Source: Amphiscolops sp. MND2022 (lineage: Eukaryota). From it: 64,000 nt of DNA. The translations under genes were made by a program, and so were the position numbers. The stretch covers positions 43,400,001 through 43,464,000 of the forward strand of contig OZ076411.1 in assembly GCA_964187785.1 (NCBI GenBank), given 5' to 3'. Below, one piece after another: positions 24,701 through 36,611 of this stretch. Under the pieces are notes generated by a model, which was given only the letters and a program-made list of their open reading frames with translations, made no database searches and was not told where the DNA came from. Numbering within the stretch: position 1 is the first letter of the stretch; every line of letters begins with the position of its first letter.

Positions 24701-27700
24701 GAAGTAAAACATTTAATCTTTTTCAATACCTTGAACTTGCTAGAATCCATGCATATAAGCCCTTTCAACCTTTACCAATTGTGGAAAAGTTAGCACGTGA
24801 AGGTTTATAGCCCAGAACTAAAACACACGAAAAGGCGCACTGATATTTCATTAGCTAAATATATGTAGTTCACAAAAACTCACGATAAAATACTATTGAG
24901 TCTCATTTCCGAAAAAAATGGAATGTTTGTTAGTACGCGAAAGTATACCTAATGCATTGGGACTGTTTTCTCAAAAGTACAGAATATTGAATTGAGAGCT
25001 TCTTGGAAAAATTTTGAATAAAAGATTAAATGTCTGGTATGTTTTTGCTACATCCTGAATTGACGGTTCTTCAGCAAAAATTCTGATGCGGATTGGTTTT
25101 GATCAACTTCGTATCCTTGAACCAATTTATATGTTACCACTAGGGCCAATCCCACTGTTTTACAGTTCTGTGATAAAGTAATGGGACATAGAGCATAATG
25201 ATTTTTAGTTCAAAAACATAAAAACTCAAAATGCACTGAGCCTCGTTGAAGATAAGCTAGACAAACGTTTCTTGAAATATTATGCAGTTTCCGAAGCTGT
25301 TTGTTTGAAAATTTTATAGCTAAAAAAAACAACTTTTTAAATTTCGTTTTAGCGTGTAATAATATTGGAGTTCAACTCGGGGTTAAGTTTTTTGAACTTT
25401 CAAGTGGATTGACGCGATGCAATAGCTACTTTCGATGTGCCTGAAAGATGAACCTTCACTCTCAGATGACCTACTCTGAGGCCGACTCTATAAGGCACTG
25501 TAAGACTTCCTTGAATTTCGTCAAAAAATTATCTTCGGTGATTTTGAAAAACCATTGCAATTTTTGAAGCTGAAGCAGTGCGCCGATTTGAACCGCTTCC
25601 GTTTTTTTCATTGCTCCCTGCAAAATTTCTTAAGCTAGGTATTTTTGCACTTTTAGTCAAATAGGTTGAGAATTTATAATTAAAGTTATTTTAAACAAAT
25701 TTTTCGAGAACAAAGACTGAAATAACTCTAAAAACAAATATTTTCAATTTCAGTTTTGGACAAGCATTTTTAACATCAGTTTAATGTACCATTTTAACGT
25801 TTCATATTGCTGTTGTTGAACGTCGGACTTTTCAGGTGTCTTGTGAAGATCATTCATGCCTCAACGCCTCCCAACTTTAGAAAATAGAGAATGTTAACTG
25901 AAATACAATTTGACTTTCATTAGCCTCAAGAAATATAAGGAAGGTCATTGAAAAGTTGAAAAAAAAGAACTACCATCGTTGATTTCAAGCGAAAGCAATG
26001 TTTTCTGAGTAATCTTTTGCAATGTTGAAAGTTAAAAATCATTTTGAAGTCGTCAAAATATATTTTTTGAAAAAATCTAGTGGTAGGTCAGAAAAAACTT
26101 AGAGTGGAGCTCTTAAGTCTTTGAATGTGCTGAAAACGAGAACTGCTCCAATTGGTGTCAGTGTGAAGTGAAAAATTTCAAGACATGTAACTGACTTTCA
26201 ACTGCCTCCCTTTAATACAGTTACAGTTGCATTAACATATTCCTCATGAGGCTGCTAAATTCCTCTTTAGTCTGACTGCTGCAGAAACGTGAAATTGCAT
26301 GTTAATTTAATTTCCATGAGCTTAGCGACGGAGTCAAGTTCTGGGGCTACTAGTACAGTCTAGTGTTAGCAGGGGATACTCTGCGGGCAAATCTCTAGTG
26401 GGGACACCAATGACCAAAATTTCATCAGTGCTAACTCAAATGCAGGGCTTAATAGATGTGACGTCATTTTCTGGAGTATTAAGTAGACTTAATGATGGCA
26501 AGTGTGAACGAAGACTACTGGAGGTGTGAACTAAGATTGAAGGTGTGAAATATCATGCTGTTGATCTGACAACGTTCAAATCACAAGTTTAAAATTGCAG
26601 TTGAAAAAGTTGTGAACAAGAAATACAGCATAAGGCGATACATGTAAAAGTGCTTCAAGACATAACCTCACAGTTCTATCACGAGGCGTTATTCAGAACG
26701 GCATTTTCATAATTCGCAGAGTTTGCTTGACATCTTCTGGAAGCCTGAAAGGGCACTCAGAATGAATTGTATTCAAAATACTTGAATATGTTGAGACACA
26801 TACATACGAATAAAGCCCAAAAGCTATGTGTGACCGTGAAAGCATCGAAGCTATTGTCAGTCTGCAAATGGTACAGTTGATTTTGCAAGGTCATTTCACG
26901 CTCCATGTATACATTTAACAGGCCCTAATTCAAGCTAGGCTCTAGTCACGTATGCTTTACTCGAATTTATCAAGTTAATGCAGCCGCCAAAGTCATTTGA
27001 CACCTTCCACGTGATTATGGAGAATCTCTAATTTCTCAGCAGTAGAATTAAGTTGATTTTCAACTAATGAGTAGCTTTTTTCTATATTTATGTGCAGAAA
27101 AAAATAATTGAATTTGAAAAACTCGACTCTCAGAAAATCTTGATTCCTCACTGTCAAAATATACTTGCAGATAATTTGTTGGTAATATTTTGAAGATTTT
27201 ATTTAGTACCGTTCAAATGACCAAATGAACGAATATCATAAAACACCATTTCCATCAAAATCATCATTGAACAGCAATTGAATTAAATCTAATGACGCTA
27301 TGTAGAATTTACGGAAGAAAGAAAATTGTGAAACACTTTTTAAGATGTTTCGCTCAATAAGTGAAGTGAAAACACCTCTAACTGAGCAGTTGAAAGAGAA
27401 GCGAAATGTCAATTGTGTTTGATACGAATCTCTTGATCATTGTTTCACCTGCTATTGCACTCCCCCGTTCTCTTTGATGGGAAGAATTAAAAACCTCAGT
27501 GGAGGAATTTGCAACGATTTCCCACAAATTAATCTCAGATTGCTGCAAAATCAATACATGCTCCAGATGACCTCACACAAAGAATCGGCCGAGATTTGGT
27601 CAACGTGCAATTTCAATGAAACTGATTTAATTTGTAGTTCAGAAAAGAAACAATACAGCCCGCTACAAAAAAAGCACTTTTCATTTATTCATTTAGGCTT

Positions 27701-29619
27701 CATTGTTATTTTATCAATTCGAACGAAAAAAAGTTTTTGGTAAATCAAAGTCGCAAAATGTCAGAAAAAGTGAAAGTACGGAAATTCATGAAACGCTTTT
27801 GACATTATGTTTCAAAGAGCATTAATCTAAACACTACTTAAGAACAGTAATCTTAAGAAAACACTTCTAATCTTTATCAGCAGATTTTATGCAAGAAAAA
27901 AATATTGGTAAAGTCTAGAGCGACTGACTTAAACATAGGTTTAAATCACAGCACAAAAAGTGCTATTAAACATCTTTCATTAAAAAAAATCTGTATGCAT
28001 CATTTTGTAACATAGGGTTTCTGCTTATCAAAAATTTCATGAAAGTTTTTCAGTTCATTCATTTTTAGTTCAAACTTTTCAAGTGTTATATTTTTGTTTC
28101 ATTGTCCGAATCATAGAGACGTCCAGTAACGATTGAAGACTTAACCGATCTACTTGAGTCAAATAAGGCTCAAATTGTATTTATTGTATATATTTCCTAT
28201 CTAAAAATATATCTACCTGAATTGAATTTATTTCTCACAAATTCTGAGCGCCAAGGTGCTGCTAAAAATAATGCAGTTGTATGGCATGAGACACTTATTC
28301 GATCACGGGCAACTAAACAAAACTGAGAGACGGCTTGAAAATTTTGATGTCTGTGCCGTATCAAAAATTGGAGTCCCGAGAAACTCTATACTTTCTACAC
28401 TGGATCAATGACGTCATTTTGTCACACATATCGATATACTTCTGGAACCAGAAATAAAATGAGGTTTTTTATTATATACTTGTATTTATAGAAAAAATTC
28501 ATATAGTTTTGTTGGTAGGTTGGTTGGTAATAGTAAGAAATCAGGGATGGTTTTTGGACAGAAATCAGGAGTCGGAGTCTATTCCTGTTTGATTTACATT
28601 GTAGGATGATGCTTTTTATACTGTGAGAAGTCTTGTTTATTTACAATCCCCGGTAAGCCAAATCGATTATTGTTTATGACCTGACTTGTTACATGCGTCT
28701 GAGATGTTATGCGTTGTTTATAGGGGCTGATCAAAATCCGCAATTTCTTCAAATGCGCGCTTCTTTTTGAATTACTTCGCATTTTAGGCGGCGCTGCATA
28801 GGATAAGTAAAATATAGTCCTAATTTGATCTACTGGGAAAATGAGACTTACAGAAGGCGTTCTCTGCCCACTTTTACAGCTCCCGTAAAAGCCATAACAC
28901 CTCGTCTTTAAAACAAACAAGATGCAACCTGAGCTTCGCTATTAAACAGTTGCCAACAAGTTGGAGCTTGCTTTCATTTTTGCCAGTTTTAATGAAAAAG
29001 TACGATTGAAAAGGGAAAAATAAACGGGCATGATAAAAGCGGTGCCAGTTTGCAACTTGCAACGAGCCTCAAGGCAGTGAAATGCCCCAAAAAGAACTTG
29101 AATGGCGATAAAGCATCGCCATATTTCATTTCGAAATCTCTTGGGCACTCCTGCATTCTGAGATGTTTTTTTCTTCAAAAGAATATACATTTAAATTTGC
29201 CTTTTCAAATGCACCTCCTGACGTGAACTACAAATTAAAGAGAATCATTTATGAATTTGTCGTCTTCAACGTATTCCTTCAGGACAAACAGCTCGTACTG
29301 ACCAGCGTTTACCTTCATATACAATCATGGCAACTAATATAGGCTTCCAAGGTATCATCTTCAGGGCTACTCTTCCCATCACAAAGATATTCCATGCTTC
29401 AGAAATGATATGCGGTGAAGTAATTTTGGGGTGAAATGAACGCACACCATGATGGCTCGGGCTACTGGCATAAGGCGTTTAACGATTAACTTTTTCGAAC
29501 TACATTTGATCTGGAATCTCCGTACAAATGTAAGGTTACAGGTCAAAATACCAGCGGAAAAGTCACAGAGGGCAAAAATCCATAGAATCAACCCTAATTG
29601 AAACTTCAGACACATTCTG

Positions 29620-29800
29620 CAAAGACTTGATAGATTCTTCATCCAAGATCTTGGGTGTTAATGGATTATTTTGCCAGGTGACTTGTAAAATCTTGGTAAT
29701 GTTCGCCTGATCTTGAAAGAAGTCAAGTTTTGTCTGATCTTACAAAAATCTTGCTAGTTTTGTCTGGTCATGCACGATAATGGTAGTTAAATCTCTCAAC
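29620..29800. repeat. CAAGATCTTG-rich dispersed repeat (similar loci ~62380-62510 and ~63240-63360)
   Basis: Reiterated AAGATCTT / ATCTTG motifs at three loci. Confidence 0.45.
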
Positions 29801-31255
29801 TTTTGCAAAAAAGTTTGCATTTTAGAAGTTGGTGTCAAATATTTTGATTGGGTCGAGCCGTGAGCGGAATCCCCGACAAGCTAATTAGGGCTATATTAAT
29901 AGAGTAATGTTTACATTTATCAGTTATAGGTTGAAAAAAATAGATTTAATTATGTTCTCAGAGTCTGTGTTTCAATGTTTTCATTCCAATGAAACTTCAT
30001 TCGTCAAGCTAAAAATCAGTATAAAGTCTCAAATGTTGGCAAAAGGAAATAACTTTAAGAAGTGGTCCAGGTTGAACTTAGCAATGAAAAACTTCAAAAG
30101 CCCGAAGTTCATCAACAATGGACATGATCATTCCAGGCAAATTGATTTTCTAACTGCACGTGGATCGGGATTCACGTAAAGGCTTTCAAGTTAGTTAATT
30201 CTTTTGCACTGTTCCGAACAAAATGAGCGTTGTAATAAAGAAACTTTTCATTAAAGAGGTTTTCTGCTTGGAAATTTTTGAAGTTTGCGAGGTTTTTATG
30301 CCTCTCCATAATGTACCATAAAAGTGCCATTCTATGATAGAATGTCTCACCATGAACCATGAATAAAATATTAATATAAAAATCAACTAATAAAAACAAC
30401 TCATTTCCACTTTGTTTGGGAGAAGCTTAGCACTCAGCTTTGCATCAGTATTTCTCCAAGCTTTTGAATCGAAATTTTATTCCCAATTGAAAGTGATTAC
30501 GTTATGTTCTTTGATTATGCCCCGGACATGGATATTTCAAAAAAGGCGTAATTTTCCCTTCAAAACAAAATCCGAATAGGTTCTGTGAGAAATGGATAAA
30601 TTGTAGGAAGAATTAGACAATTGATGAGCCAAAAATGTGTCATTCTGGAGTTTTCTCGGAAGAGAATCCGCAGACGTGGCATTTCATCTATTTGTGCTCA
30701 GTTTAGCAAATACTTTCTTCAATTTCTTCTTAGTATTGTGAGTAAGCAAGTTCCGGAGTAAGTAAATATTCTTAGTAAGTTCTGTACATTTTCGTGCAAA
30801 GAATGTCAGAAAATGTGAGAAACTTACAGGTTTTGTCTGAAAATTTTGCAAAATGCAAGTTTATTGCAAAAAGTGCCTGACGTTTCGACTAGGGAAAATA
30901 CCAGACAGTCAAATTGCAACGAGGACTGAAAACCGGTTGTATGTCGCGGCCTTCATCTTTGGGTGGCTCTTCTTCCCCCCCCCCCAGGTCGGTCATTATC
31001 ATAACCATCTAGTGGTCAGGAAACGCACGTCGCTCCATTTCGCTTCCGTCCTGCAATCTGAAAGCTCTAAAGAAAGATGACTAATCTAGTATCTTTCCCT
31101 TGCTGTATTTTGTCTTGATGGTTTTTGTCTCTATGATGTTTCTTCCTCTTGTGTTTTCTCTGGTATGGTGTCCCTTGGTAATTGGTGCTGACACCCTAAT
31201 GTAAGGGTAAGTTTTTTAAAGCCTCAGAAAGAAGTTGGTTGTGTTCTTTTACATC

Positions 31256-31397
31256 TGAATAAAACGGCTCATAAAGTTCTATTCGTCAATTAACTGTTTA
31301 GTACTAAAGTCAAAACCCATGTGAACAAAGTCAACACAAGAAATCAAAATGTTTGGGAAAAAGTAGTTTGTGAGTTCGAGTTAATGAGTCATTAACA
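31256..31397 (-). repeat. BEL/Pao 3' LTR (142 bp)
   Basis: Identical to 38677-38818 by direct comparison. Confidence 0.97.
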
Positions 31398-31411
31398 TTC
31401 TCCGGGGGGGC

Positions 31412-34024
31412 TTAGTTCTGAGGAGGAATGTTTTTTGGGTGCACTAAGCTTAACCTTACTGCGGGCCTAGTTACTTTTCCGAGGGCGGTTTTTAGTAAGC
31501 ATGATCGAACGACTCCATCGGGCCCGGTGTGCGTCTTTTCCACGATACCCAATGGCCAGACACCTCGAGGGCAGTTGTCATTCAGGATCCACACAAGATC
31601 TTCTTCTTTCAGCTGTGAATCGTGTTTGTTCCATTTGGGTCGTCCAATCATTTGCGGGGTAATCTCGTGTAGCAGGCGTTGCCAGAGACTATTCAAATAG
31701 CCCTGGGAGTGGCGCCAAGAAGACCGAGCAGGCGAATTGCTCCCCCCGAAAATAGTGGCGGCAACATTTGGGCAAGGTCGACCCAATAAGAAGTGATTAG
31801 GAGTGATGGGTGTTGCATCTTTAATGTCGCTGCTGACAAGGGTTAAAGGTCGGCTGTCGAGAAGGGACTCGCATTCAACTGTGATGGTGTCGAAAACTTC
31901 TCGCGTTAGGCGGCTGGACCCCAGAGTAATCAGGAAAGCTCGTTTAAATGGCTGAACCAAGCGTTCCCACGCGCCACCGAAATGAGGTGCAGAAGGGGGA
32001 TTCAGGCGCCATTGTATGCCTTGACGCGCAAGTTCTTTCCCTACAAACGTTTCATCGAATGCAAGAGGTTGACGACGAATTTCCTTCTTTGTTCCGAGGA
32101 AATTTGTTGCATTGTCACTGTAAATTATCTCTGGAACTCCTCGACGGGCTACAAAACGACGAATAGCGGACATGCACGAGTCTTGGCTCAAGGAGTCTGC
32201 TACTTCGAAACGGACCGCTCTGATCACAAGACAAGTGAAGAAGCAAACATACCGTTTTTCAGTGTTTCGTTTTTCTACAACTTCGAAAGGTCCAATAAAA
32301 TCAATACCGAGAGTTCGGAAAGGATAATGATTGATATCAGCATCTGGGAACCTGCAGGAAGGCAGACTGCTCATGTAAGGTTGTAGTCCTTGACCACGAG
32401 AGCGGCGACATTTAAAACAAGTGAAAGATATCGAGCGAAGTGTTGTTCTCAATCGGAAAATGTAGTGCGTTTGTTGGATGAAGTTTCGCACATGATCGAT
32501 GCCTGCATGCATGCAAACCTCGTGGCAATGTTGAATGAAGAGGCGCGTGATATGATCGTCAGAGCTCAAGATAACTGGGTGCTTTGTAGCCCATGGGAGG
32601 GGCGCTTCGGTTAGGCGACCGGTTGCTCGAATCAAGCCATTGTCATCTAGGAAAGGTCCAAGCGGAAGGAGTTTGTCCTTGTGACCAAGGGGTTTTCCTT
32701 TTATTAATGCTTCGAGCTGCTCGGTGAAGGAGGACTTTTGTGAGCAACGGAAAAGATATTTTCTAGCCTTTGCGTAATGAGCCACATTGATGGCTGTTTT
32801 TGCACGATCTTTGAAAATTTGGACTTTCTGGTACAACCTTGCAACAACGCCAAGCAACTTTGACCAAGTTGAGTAGTTTTTAAAGTCTAAAGATTCGAAG
32901 ACTTCGGATGATGAACAAACGTTCGTTTCGTGTGACGGAGAGTTTTCGATAACCCACTCTTTTTGTGGTAGCAGCAGGAACGGTGGAGGTGAAAGCCAGA
33001 GTTTTTCGACGTTTTCCGTTTTAATGCCGCGAGTGGCATGATCAGCTGGATTGGAGGCACCTGGTACATGATGCCACTGTTGAGATTTTGTTTTTTCTAG
33101 AATTTCTTTGATGCGATGGGATACATATGTTTTTTGTTTGGAATCAGATTTGATCCAGGCGAGCACTGTTGTACTATCCGTCCAAAAGGTGACAGAACTC
33201 AGAGGAATGCGTAAACTTGACTGAATGAATTCACTCAAGCGTACGCCGAGAACAGCGGCATCCAGTTCAAGACGTGGTAAGCTCTGTTGTTTAATGGGTG
33301 CAATTTTGGAGCGGCCCATCACAAAAGAAGCCAATATGGCTGTCGATTGTGGCATCCTGAGATAGGCTACGGTTCCGAGCGCCAATTGCGATGCGTCGGT
33401 AAATACATGAAGCTCAGTTCGCGAATTGGTAGGAAGGACATGCATGCAACGCGGAAGAGAAACTCGATCAGATTTTGAGCTCTCGTGGAGCCATTTTTGA
33501 ATTCGTATCTGGAATGTGATGGGCAAAGTTTCGTCCCAGGAAACTCCAGTTCGCCAAACTTCCTGCAGAATGATTTTCAGTGTGACGACAGCTGGTGCTA
33601 CTAAACCTAACGGGTCGAAAACGGAAGCAATCAAGGACAAAAGTTGCCGCAAGTTGAAACTGGTTTTCTCAGTAAAGTTATTCGTATCGAACTTCAGGAA
33701 AAGTTTGTCTTCTTGTATATCCCAATGAACGCCTAAGACACGCAGTGGGTGTAATGACTGAACAGTGTGATCCTTGAGCGGACCTTGTAGGCAGTTCAGG
33801 TCGTTACTAACGAACTTAGTAAGGTTGAATCCACCTTTTTGAAGAGCCTCTTTAACTGACAAAATATTTCGAAACGCTTCATTGGTGTTGAGAAAAGAAT
33901 GAACTAAATCGTCCATGTAGAATGCGTCGTGAATCAACAGTTTTGTGGCCACATCGTCTGCAGCAAAATCGTATGCTGATTTTTTTCCGAGCGAATATAG
34001 CAGTGGTGGGAGAACAAGCAGCAC
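31412..34024 (-). CDS. BEL/Pao Pol: RT C-terminal part, RNase H (peptidase A17-like), integrase, DUF5641-like
   Basis: Motifs FYMDD, LHVFTDAS, PRLELDAAV, H..C..H..CFKC, GIDFIGP, YSDNATNF, GGAWERLV and WPLGIVEKTHTGPDGVVRS. The true frame joins ORF 33879-34439 via a frameshift near 33990. Confidence 0.93.
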   Translation of the reverse strand: MLLVLPPLLYSLGKKSAYDFAADDVATKLLIHDAFYMDDLVHSFLNTNEAFRNILSVKEALQKGGFNLTKFVSNDLNCLQGPLKDHTVQSLHPLRVLGVHWDIQEDKLFLKFDTNNFTEKTSFNLRQLLSLIASVFDPLGLVAPAVVTLKIILQEVWRTGVSWDETLPITFQIRIQKWLHESSKSDRVSLPRCMHVLPTNSRTELHVFTDASQLALGTVAYLRMPQSTAILASFVMGRSKIAPIKQQSLPRLELDAAVLGVRLSEFIQSSLRIPLSSVTFWTDSTTVLAWIKSDSKQKTYVSHRIKEILEKTKSQQWHHVPGASNPADHATRGIKTENVEKLWLSPPPFLLLPQKEWVIENSPSHETNVCSSSEVFESLDFKNYSTWSKLLGVVARLYQKVQIFKDRAKTAINVAHYAKARKYLFRCSQKSSFTEQLEALIKGKPLGHKDKLLPLGPFLDDNGLIRATGRLTEAPLPWATKHPVILSSDDHITRLFIQHCHEVCMHAGIDHVRNFIQQTHYIFRLRTTLRSISFTCFKCRRSRGQGLQPYMSSLPSCRFPDADINHYPFRTLGIDFIGPFEVVEKRNTEKRYVCFFTCLVIRAVRFEVADSLSQDSCMSAIRRFVARRGVPEIIYSDNATNFLGTKKEIRRQPLAFDETFVGKELARQGIQWRLNPPSAPHFGGAWERLVQPFKRAFLITLGSSRLTREVFDTITVECESLLDSRPLTLVSSDIKDATPITPNHFLLGRPCPNVAATIFGGSNSPARSSWRHSQGYLNSLWQRLLHEITPQMIGRPKWNKHDSQLKEEDLVWILNDNCPRGVWPLGIVEKTHTGPDGVVRSCLLKTALGKVTRPAVRLSLVHPKNIPPQN

Positions 34025-35030
34025 CGAATATCAAACGTGTGTACTGGTATTGGCGGATCGAATTTCCAGTCAACCACAGGAAACGAAGTGCCGCTTGGTC
34101 TTTCTCTGTAATGCTAATTTGCATAAACATGGCTTCTATATCAGCTATAACAGCGACTGGTCGTTCGCGGAAACGGAGCAGAAGAAGAAACAAGTTTTGA
34201 AGTAAGTCAGGACCTGACAAAAGGTTGTCATTCAGCGATTGTCCTCGAAAGGAAGACGCTGCATTTGCCACACGCCGAACTTTCCCAGGCTTTTTCGGGT
34301 TACACACTGGGTGATGAGGCAAATACCAAACTGTTTCAGGCTGAGGTTCCGTGAAGACCACTGGCTTCACATACCCTTTTTCCAAATCTGTTTGCAAAGT
34401 TTCTTGGTATTTGATTCGCAAGGTTTCATCTTTGGACAAACGCGAATGTAGCTACTTCAATTGAGCTTTTGCTACTGGATAGTTGTTTTGCAACTCTACG
34501 TTTTCTTTCCATGTCAATCCGACTTCGTACCGCTCCCCTGTGTGCCTCATGTTCTCTTCAAGGAACTTCAATGCTTGCTGGTCTGTGACTGTGTTTTTGC
34601 TAGGAGTAGTTGATTCGGTACCAACAGAGTCAGCTAACCAAAGTCTCTGTACCATTTGAGTAAGAACGTCGTTTTCATGGATGTGATGAGCTGTAAAATT
34701 AGTTTGGGAGGAGGAACAGGAAGTTCGCACACTCAAAGGTCCAGTGACGGTCCAGCCTAGCAGTGTTCGGACAGCGTAGGGGCTCGGTTTTGGGCCTTGT
34801 AGTATTTCACGTGTTGCGATGTACTGGAATGCGTCAATGCCCAGAAGAAGCTGGACTGAATTGTCAGGTAAACACGGAAAGGAGACATGGTTGAGGTGTG
34901 TGAATGTCTGACAAATCTCGTTTAGACGTTTCACATCTGGTGGTCTGAGTTTCATCGAGTCAACTGCGTGAACGTTGATCAGAGTGAACAAAGGTCGTTT
35001 GGAATTGTATGCTCCGATTTTCAGGGACAC
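33879..35030 (-). pseudogene. BEL/Pao protease C-terminal part, linker and RT N-terminal part
   Basis: LLLGIDAF..PYAVRTLLGWTVTGP; WYLPHHPV..KPGKVRRV, DIEAMFMQI, RLIFGAACSP. An in-frame TAG lies at 34452-34454. Confidence 0.9.
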
Positions 35031-36565
35031 GATGCCTGCTTGCAGGAGTGACTGCTCATATATACTTTTTTCTTGGCATTTTTTTCTTGCTTTTTCACTG
35101 GAAAGGTTGTCGGTTTGGTACGAACATTTTCGCGGTCGCTTTGTTTTGTAGTCTCAGGCATATCTTCACAAGCTCTAGCGTACACCGTCAACCATTCTGA
35201 GAAGACGCAGAAGGAAGCGCCGTTCGGGAAGCTTGTAATATTGTACTCATTCCACTTCATGTGAACAGCAGCTGGTAGCTTGGCGACAGCGGTTTCCAAA
35301 AGAAAACTCGAGCGAAGATCAGAATCAAACTGAAGATTTTCGAACGTTCGAACAAGTTTGCAGAGAAAAGCGCTGAAACTTATGAATGATGAAGGACTTG
35401 ATAAATGCGGTGCGGGAAATTTCTGCAGTTCGGAGATGAACGATTTTACAACATGTTTGGGATGACCAAAACGACGGCACAATTCGTCAACAGCGGTTTT
35501 GTAGAAAAGAGGATTGCATCGGTAAAAGCCTATAGCTTCTTTGGCTGAACCGGAAACTAGTGTTTGGAGATAAGTAAGTGTTTCCGACTCGCTGAGTCGC
35601 TTGTCATTGTCGATAGCAGACTGAAACATACCGAACCAGTCGGGCCAAAGCATGGGATTACCATCAAAGCGGTCAAGTTTGATGTCTGGTAGTTTGAAAG
35701 GAGAACGTTCACAGAGCTGATGACTTGTTTGAGCGCTTGGACCAGGTATAGTCCTGAACGCAGCTGTTGTTGTTGGAATCGGAGAATGATGGGTAGGTAC
35801 AATACTACCGACACTGAACCGTACAGCCGACGGCCCATGTGAGTCACAGGGTTCGTGACTGGGGTGTTGAGAGAAGGTGTTTTGGGGATTAGAACCGAAC
35901 AACGGATTAAATGGGATCTGAGGTGACGGACGTTGAATGGAGTTATGTTAGAAATTGGAGAAGGTGTTTCCAGTATCAGTCTCAGCAAACCGAATAGTGG
36001 TTGGACGCAAAAAATCTTCGTCAAGCATGTCCATTTGATGGAGATTTGTCGGATTCGATGTGACGTTTTGACTTGGATGGAACGTTGATGCTATGGAAAC
36101 TGGATCAAGGTTAAGAGGGGCGCTACGATCCATCGGACTGGCTACATTAGTGGGAATGGCGTATGTTGGTTCTGATTCCGATGGGGGACGAGTGTTAGAA
36201 ATAGGAGCTCGGCTACTCTGACTCGAGCGTGAGCTTGAACGCGTTGGTGCGGATTTGAATTCTATTTCATGCTTTTTAACAGCTAGAAGCAAAGTAAGTT
36301 TCTTTGACTGAAGTTCTGCAGCTGTAGCTCTCAGATTGACCATCACTTGATGATCGATGGAATCCATTTGACGGAGAACGACTTCCAAGTCATCCAGTTT
36401 TCGGGTGAATTCTTCATAGAGTAGGTTACAGAGAGTCGGGTTGTCCTTGCTGGTGAGAGCGTTTGTAAGCTGGGAGTCGATATCCTCAAAGACGCCTGAA
36501 TGACGCTCGAAACGTTTGACCAGCTCGAAAGCTTTCTTCGGCAAAGCAGATGATTCGTTTGTCAT
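35021..36565 (-). pseudogene. BEL/Pao Gag (DUF1759-type), with an in-frame stop and no zinc knuckles
   Basis: ATG 36565 (MTNESS). KLPDIKLDRFDGNPMLWPDWFGMF..L.YLQTLVSGSAKEAI is the DUF1759 signature. ORFs 35948-36601 and 35021-35902 share a frame, separated by a TAA at 35948-35950. Confidence 0.88.
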
Positions 36566-36611
36566 GTTCGTTAGGGGAGATTGCAGGAGCCAACAACTCA
36601 CGACAGATTAG

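Noticed and set aside
26250-27000. Coding-like, compositionally balanced stretch
   Set aside because: Every frame is interrupted and no family could be recognised; probably a decayed TE.
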